Shown in pieces: positions 58,701-64,000 of a stretch of DNA of 64,000 nt. The notes beneath the pieces were generated by a model. It was not told the DNA's origin and did no database searches. It saw nothing but the letters and a program-made list of their open reading frames with translations. The stretch covers positions 40,176,001 to 40,240,000 of the forward strand of contig OX638156.1 in the NCBI GenBank assembly GCA_951804945.1, written 5' to 3'. The position numbers and the translations under genes are program-made. This DNA comes from Podarcis cretensis (taxonomy: Eukaryota). Within the stretch, counting starts at the first letter, position 1, and each line of letters begins with the position of its first letter.

Positions 58701-61700
58701 CCCTATTACTGCCAGATAAATTTGGAGATAAAAAGTGAGGTGACCTAGTCTAGTGCCTGGCATTAGGGAATGGATCTGCTGTAGTTGGGCAAGAATAGAA
58801 AAGAATGGCCTGTCCTTCAGCCCAAGACATCTAGGAGAGTGGACTACAAGTGCTTCAGGGATGGGGGGTATATTGCTTTTCAAAACCTTTGATCTGTCAC
58901 TTATTATTACGCCCTCAGTGTAATCATCCAGAATGAAGATTTGAAGGTGTCACACTAGGGCGTGCTTCCACAAAACCATGCCTAATACTGCAGGCCTAAA
59001 AAGGCATGTCAGTCCTGCCTGCAGCAAACTTAAGGTTTGAATTACATATGCTAAACTACCAGGTGGCAATTTCAGAAAGTAGGTGGGAGAATCCATGTCT
59101 GAATGTTCCTCAATACGTGCAACTCCCTAAACACTGGAAGACTGCAAACCAGAGAAAGGGATTCTAGTCGTTTCCCCAAGGTGGCTTTTTTTTTTATATG
59201 TTCACCAAGTTTCTGGTGTAGAAGAGCATTCAAATCTCCCCTGACTATTGTTGCTAGAGTGGCAACAGTCTTAAAAGACTTATCACATGGTACTTCTAAA
59301 TATGTAGTATGATTCTTAATTGGAAGTAAATGTGCAATGGCCCATAATAAATCAGAGTTGTGCCTGGATTAAATAGAAAACTAAACAATGGTTAAAGCAA
59401 GCTTGTATTTTGTAGATTACACTCTACATAGTTTGTTAAAAATGGAGATTCAGGACTGGGTGGGGGATGGCACTCTGAAGCACAGTAGATATTACACAGT
59501 GATCCCACAAGGTAAAAGGAGTGGACAGGAATGGCAGAGCCTCACATCATCATCATCATTGCCAAACTTGCACTAGCAGGAAACATTCCTTCACTGGCAC
59601 TCAACACTCTTAACATTACCCTTCTGGTGCATTCCCTCTGGAGTGAGCATTAATTCTCATCAAAGTTTCAATGGTGTGAAACAGATCTGCTTCTGTTATG
59701 TGAGCAACACTTCTTTCATCCACCAAGAGGATTTTCACCAGCTGCATTGCAAATGCCACTGCCATGTAGTTCAAACCATTCTCCATTGACTGTCAAGAAA
59801 AAGAAGGCAAGAATGTGAACACTTTTCCTTCTAAAGCATAAGCAGAGATTTAATAACTAACTTGGCGGCAGTATCTCACCTGAGCCAGGTGGAGGTCATA
59901 CTGCTGCATGTTAACTAGGTGGTTACGGATCAGTAGCTCCACTGCTTCTACATTGTATTTATATTCATCTCGACATTCTATCAGGCACCTGGAAAAATTA
60001 ATGTTTTCTTGTGTTAACTTTGTTTTCTCCTCAATCTCAAGTTCCAAAACACACAGAGAGGTAGCTTCCTCCGCAATTATTCCACACATTCATGTCAGAA
60101 ACACCAGGTCACTGTAACTGCCCCATGTAGGGATCTGAATTGGGGCCCTAGCACGGCTCATGTCCCCTGCACCTGCCACAGTTTAATGAAACTTCCACTG
60201 CATGAATGGATGTTGATCTCTGAATGAAGGTAGCAGGTGCAGGCACTCCAATGCAAATAGAAGCTGCAATTGGGGGGGGGGGGACAAATGTTTTAAGTCC
60301 CACCACACCAGACTCTCAATCCAGACCAGGGGTCAGTTTTGTTTAAGTTGCAAGAATGGTATTTAGTTTGCCTCTTTTATCACCCAACTTAATTCTTACA
60401 CCAATATCCTATTTCAGGAGAAAGACCCAAACCCTTGACTACTGAATCCATAAGGCACTTATCATGCAACTCATTATGTAACTTAGTGGGATACAGGGCA
60501 GTAACTTACTAGGTGAAATCCTTACGTTGGTCAAAATCAGAATATATTTAAAAAATCGTATTTAAATAGAGCTTCTACAGCCTTCAAAGCTTTATTCTTT
60601 CATCACTGACCTTGTAATCTGCTTGTTGCACCACGGAGACCCATAAGCACGGCCATCCTGCAGTGCTTTTAAAACAAGCAAGTGACATTCCCGGTAGCGG
60701 AGGAGGAGGTCAGCATCTGCACCACTGGTGGCATCTAACAAACCTTCAACTGCCTGTAGGAAGAGTAGCAAACACGTAAATGCAACATCTTACTGAGTCA
60801 TTTGGAGAGGAATCGAACTGTTTTGCTCTCGGGAGACAATGCATTCTGTGGCTTTTGCATAGTATGAATGCAGCCCATTATCATCATCATCGCAGTTGCT
60901 CCTTGTACTTTTGCCTCCAACAATGCTCACCACCAGCACTCAAGCTTTGGAAGAGTAGCCCACAAGGGAATGCGGCAATTGGGCGGTAAAAGGGCTTCTA
61001 ATGACAGACATTCCCAAGCAACTGTTTTAAAGCCTCCTACACAACAGCCCAGAAAACACAGCAAAAACCAGCAGATGGCAGGAGGAACCACTATATCCAC
61101 TATAGAAGGATCCTTCCTCACCACTTGGAAGGCAGCTTTTCTTAAACAGTATGTATTTTCCCAGAATAATCTGTATTCAATCCTGACTGTTCTGATTCTG
61201 TGCTCAGTTCAAGTAGTTTAATGTTGTAACCGTGTGCACGTTTCTAGAGTAGAAAGCCTTGGATAAAGTGAGCCTCTCTCCATGGCCCAGGAGTCACAGA
61301 TATATAATGAAGCAAGTTCATACACAAACCTTCTGTAGCAGTCCAAGGGCTGCAATAGCATCACGAGAATTACGAGCCACAACAACAGCCTCCAAGAGGC
61401 TTCGTAAGGCTTGAGTCTGTGGATTCATAGACAGGGTGTGAGGAATGGACTGAAGGTGCTGCTCCAGTTCTGCCATACATTTATCATAGATCTGTGCTAC
61501 ATCATCTGTTGCCCAGGCTTGCTGATTTAAAAGAAATCAAGAATACTTTATTAGTTAAATGAATGCCAATGAATGAGAATTCTGACCATTTATCATGACA
61601 GATTTCTTAATAACTTTTTCATTCCATTACTGCTTTCACCAGCAATATTGGCTGGTACTTTTTACACTTAACATTTAGCTAAAACAGCAAACCATCTGCA

Positions 61701-62570
61701 GATTTTATTGTGAACAGTTTATAATGAAACAAAGTATTAAGTGTTTGATAAATCGTCATGGATTAAAAGGGGGGGGGGGTAATCAGTGAACTGGTTTACG
61801 TAATTAGCTCCCACAGAGTTCATAATCTAAATTTCTTTGTGTGGCACTTCATTCTGACTTTCAAATAATACTATTAGACTGTATAGCTTTGAAGAGAAGC
61901 ACAAACAATAAGCAACCTCACTATTTTCTGGAAGCCTCCCAATAACTTGTAAAATAAATGGTCAGAGTATAGTTTACTTTAACCTCAAAATCACTTCAAC
62001 CATCTCAACTGGATTTCTACCTTCATAGGCTGAGCTAGGATTCCTGTGGGTTGGGTTGAGTCATTGGTTGGTAAGAAACCAGGAACATTGCGTGCAAATT
62101 CTTCATAAACAGCTAGCTGCTTTGGGTCCACTCCACCAACCTTAAAAGAAAGTAGGAAAATTTGGATAAATAGAAGATTCCAACAAGGCCTCCCCACTGA
62201 TATTGTGGCATTGATCATAATTTTAATTCTCTTATTTTGCACCTTCAACCTGATCTGTTCTGGCATCCGTTCAGCCTGGTAAGTCAATACTACAGGATCA
62301 CAGTACCTACGACCCTCTTGCCTGGCATGTTTTCTGAGCTCAAATTCCTGGAAAAAAAGAAGAAAAAAAGATGAATGACTTGGTAATCACATGATTTAAC
62401 TTTTAACTGAAACTCTGCAACATACTTACAGTGGCCAGCCTCTTGTCCATTTCAGGGCCTGCTTTTTCTACAGCTGTCTTCTGAATGAAACAGCATGCCA
62501 ACTCACAGTTATCTTGGGCTAACTGTGCTGCTGCCTGCTCCATCATCTCCCTCTGCTGTGGTGAGGCTGC
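46709..62570 (-). CDS. CNOT1: CCR4-NOT transcription complex subunit 1, last 18 coding exons (898 aa; 5' part outside window)
   Basis: Exons 62570-62430, 62347-62243, 62140-62021, 61521-61330, 60753-60611, 59988-59880, 59789-59620, 58365-58134, 55680-55432, 54875-54712, 53732-53615, 52147-52046, 51252-51079, 50154-50005, 49214-49034, 47759-47627, 47042-46908, 46787-46709 (2697 nt). All GT-AG, phases consistent. Reads [10 protein letters not shown]...[12 protein letters not shown]...[10 protein letters not shown]. Confidence 0.98.
46908..47042 (-). CDS. CNOT1: CNOT1 exon ([15 protein letters not shown]...PEIEK)
   Basis: cag|AGTT...AA|gtgagt. Confidence 0.96.
47627..47759 (-). CDS. CNOT1: CNOT1 exon ([19 protein letters not shown]...EQITR)
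   Basis: cag|GTC...AG|gtaaga. Confidence 0.96.
48625..48996 (+). mobile_element. Sauria SINE, full-length, young, with 12-bp TSD
   Basis: GGGACGCAGGTGGCGCTGTGGG...GGTTCGAATCC...GTACCTTTACCTTTACCTTT; TSD tagctgatttga at 48613-48624 and 48997-49008. Confidence 0.93.
49034..49214 (-). CDS. CNOT1: CNOT1 exon ([10 protein letters not shown]...DLDTE)
   Basis: tag|GTA...GAAG|gtaaaa. Confidence 0.96.
50005..50154 (-). CDS. CNOT1: CNOT1 exon ([11 protein letters not shown]...RSNLQ)
   Basis: cag|GTG...CAG|gtgagg. Confidence 0.96.
50317..50344. repeat. (CCAA)n microsatellite
   Basis: direct reading. Confidence 0.9.
50400..50630 (-). mobile_element. L2-type LINE 3' fragment
   Basis: gatggtgccaggcgagcttccctgtggagagcatcccacaagc...ccacagaaaaggccc resembles squamate L2 ends (recognised from memory). 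Confidence 0.45.
51079..51252 (-). CDS. CNOT1: CNOT1 exon ([16 protein letters not shown]...TPNLK)
   Basis: tag|GGT...AAG|gtaatg. Confidence 0.96.
51329..51516. mobile_element. Non-autonomous hAT-like MITE
   Basis: Perfect 14-bp TIRs CAGAGCTTTCCAAA / TTTGGAAAGCTCTG; TSD not clear. Confidence 0.75.
52046..52147 (-). CDS. CNOT1: CNOT1 exon (GWPMYAQLL...QILYK)
   Basis: cag|GGG...AAG|gtaagt. Confidence 0.96.
53615..53732 (-). CDS. CNOT1: CNOT1 exon ([14 protein letters not shown]...TPQQK)
   Basis: cag|TAAC...AAG|gtgtgg. Confidence 0.96.
54712..54875 (-). CDS. CNOT1: CNOT1 exon ([13 protein letters not shown]...LTAFC)
   Basis: tag|GTT...TG|gtaggt. Confidence 0.96.
55432..55680 (-). CDS. CNOT1: CNOT1 exon ([11 protein letters not shown]...NLLNK)
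   Basis: cag|ATG...AAG|gttggg. Confidence 0.96.
58134..58365 (-). CDS. CNOT1: CNOT1 exon ([10 protein letters not shown]...AFVGQ)
   Basis: tag|GTTG...CAG|gtagag; possible in-frame extension to 58113. Confidence 0.96.
59620..59789 (-). CDS. CNOT1: CNOT1 exon ([11 protein letters not shown]...NAPEG)
   Basis: cag|TCA...GG|gtaatg. Confidence 0.96.
59880..59988 (-). CDS. CNOT1: CNOT1 exon ([12 protein letters not shown]...LHLAQ)
   Basis: cag|GTGC...CAG|gtgaga. Confidence 0.96.
60611..60753 (-). CDS. CNOT1: CNOT1 exon ([11 protein letters not shown]...KQITR)
   Basis: cag|GCA...AG|gtcagt. Confidence 0.96.
61330..61521 (-). CDS. CNOT1: CNOT1 exon ([10 protein letters not shown]...GLLQK)
   Basis: cag|CAA...AAG|gtttgt. 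Confidence 0.96.
62021..62140 (-). CDS. CNOT1: CNOT1 exon (VGGVDPKQL...AQPMK)
   Basis: aag|GTT...AAG|gtagaa. Confidence 0.96.
62243..62347 (-). CDS. CNOT1: CNOT1 exon ([12 protein letters not shown]...QIRLK)
   Basis: cag|GAA...AAG|gtgcaa. Confidence 0.96.
62430..62570 (-). CDS. CNOT1: CNOT1 exon ([10 protein letters not shown]...DKRLAT)
   Basis: tag|GCA...ACT|gtaagt on - strand. Confidence 0.96.
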
Positions 62571-64000
62571 CTATTTTAAAAAGCAAGCCATTAAAAAAGG
62601 ACTATGCCCACAAAGAGCAAATACTCATAAGGTCAGTTACAGATGTTCATAAATATGGCATCGCTTTGTATGGAGTTAGCATAAAGTAAACCATCAAGCA
62701 AATTACATGCTTCATTCAAAATCTACATATAAACAAAAGGGAAAAAATCTGCCAAATAATTAGCATGTGCCCCACATTACATACTTCTAGTGCAATTCTA
62801 TTTATGTGCTTTTTTCTGAAATAAGTTCCAGGCATAGGACTGAACTCACTTATCATAGGTGCCCTCTAAATGAAGTAATGGGATATTTTCCCTCATTAGT
62901 ATACACAAATGCAAAAACCAATGTACTGGAACTAATGGCTTTACTAAACCACAGCAAAAAATCTTTAGTAAAAGATCCTTCAGTAACAGGCTGCCCTTAT
63001 TTCTTCTCGTTTCTTCTACAAATCAAGAAAAATTATCTTGATTAATGCTGTCTGACAAATCAACAGAATTCTTATCTGCTAATGGCAAGACTCTTGTAAA
63101 GCCATTACTCATACCATTCCTTAGTGCTGCAAGGTTTTATTCAGCGTCAATATCAAAACGGGCATTCTCATGCCTGTTATAATGCCAAGAAAAGTGAACA
63201 TAAGAAGATTCACTCCACGAAGAACTAGCGCAGTTACAGCTGCAAGGCTGTGTGTGTTTGTTGTAAACTTCACTTGCTTCCATAGCCTTTATTTGCAAGT
63301 TGTTGCTGCATCAACCATGGGCCACATAGCAAGTGTTCAGAAAGTCAGGCAGAATTGTTTCACAGATGAACTAAAGCAAATGCTAAAGTCTACTTATTGG
63401 CCACAAGTCTAAACTACAGTTTAACAAAATGTGAATGAGCCTGCTAGCCATGCCCTTGTCCCATCACTCCTCCTCTCCTCTTGCATGGCTGAAAAGAAGT
63501 GCAAAAGTTTTCACTTTCTTTTTTAGTTGATCACAGGTTCCTGCTTCATCTGAACCTGGAATTGTGGTTTAACACTAACGATGGTTAGTTTAATAACAAG
63601 CCAGCTGCGAAAACAATATCCACTGACAATATCCCTATCCACTGTTATTTTATAGAACAATGGATCCCCCCCCCCCCCGGAAAATACAGCAGAAGTTCTC
63701 CACAGCATGTCACTGAAAAAGCAAAGGGAAAGAACAACGAAGAGGACAACTTGAGACTGGATTTAACAATGGGTTATTAACTTCAATCAATGGAAAATGG
63801 TAACAGATGAGACGTGGTCTTCAGAAATCTTCAACGCACAATTCATAGCTCAGGATGCAAACAACAGCTGCTGAGTGGAGGCAATAATTATCAGGACTGC
63901 AGAAGGCAGAAGGTGCGCGCGCGAATCCTTTCCTTCACCTCACTTCAAATCTAGTTCGGTCCGCATTCTCATCACCTTTCTATACTATGGAATCTGAGCA

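Overview
Vertebrate genomic DNA, most likely a lacertid-type lizard given the Sauria SINEs and squamate MITE families. It carries the conserved NDRG4(+) - SETD6(+) - CNOT1(-) block. I rebuilt the exons by hand from splice sites and phases. NDRG4-B starts MPECWDG and has 14 constitutive coding exons plus a 39-nt cassette (341/354 aa, 7362-28797). SETD6 is complete (9 coding exons, 456 aa, 34942-44425, CpG-island promoter, one GC-AG intron). CNOT1 is present as its last 18 coding exons (898 aa, 62570-46709; 5' part outside the window). The rest is intronic, UTR or intergenic sequence rich in SINEs, hAT/Tc1-mariner/Harbinger-like MITEs, LINE and Penelope fragments, and microsatellites. I found no new multi-gene system. 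The most interesting signals are in RNA processing: a candidate truncating terminal exon/intronic poly(A) in CNOT1, a young SINE placing cryptic donors next to a weak CNOT1 donor, the GC donor in SETD6, a candidate extra NDRG4 first exon, and in-frame alternative splice sites. Comparisons with human proteins are from memory, not from a database search.
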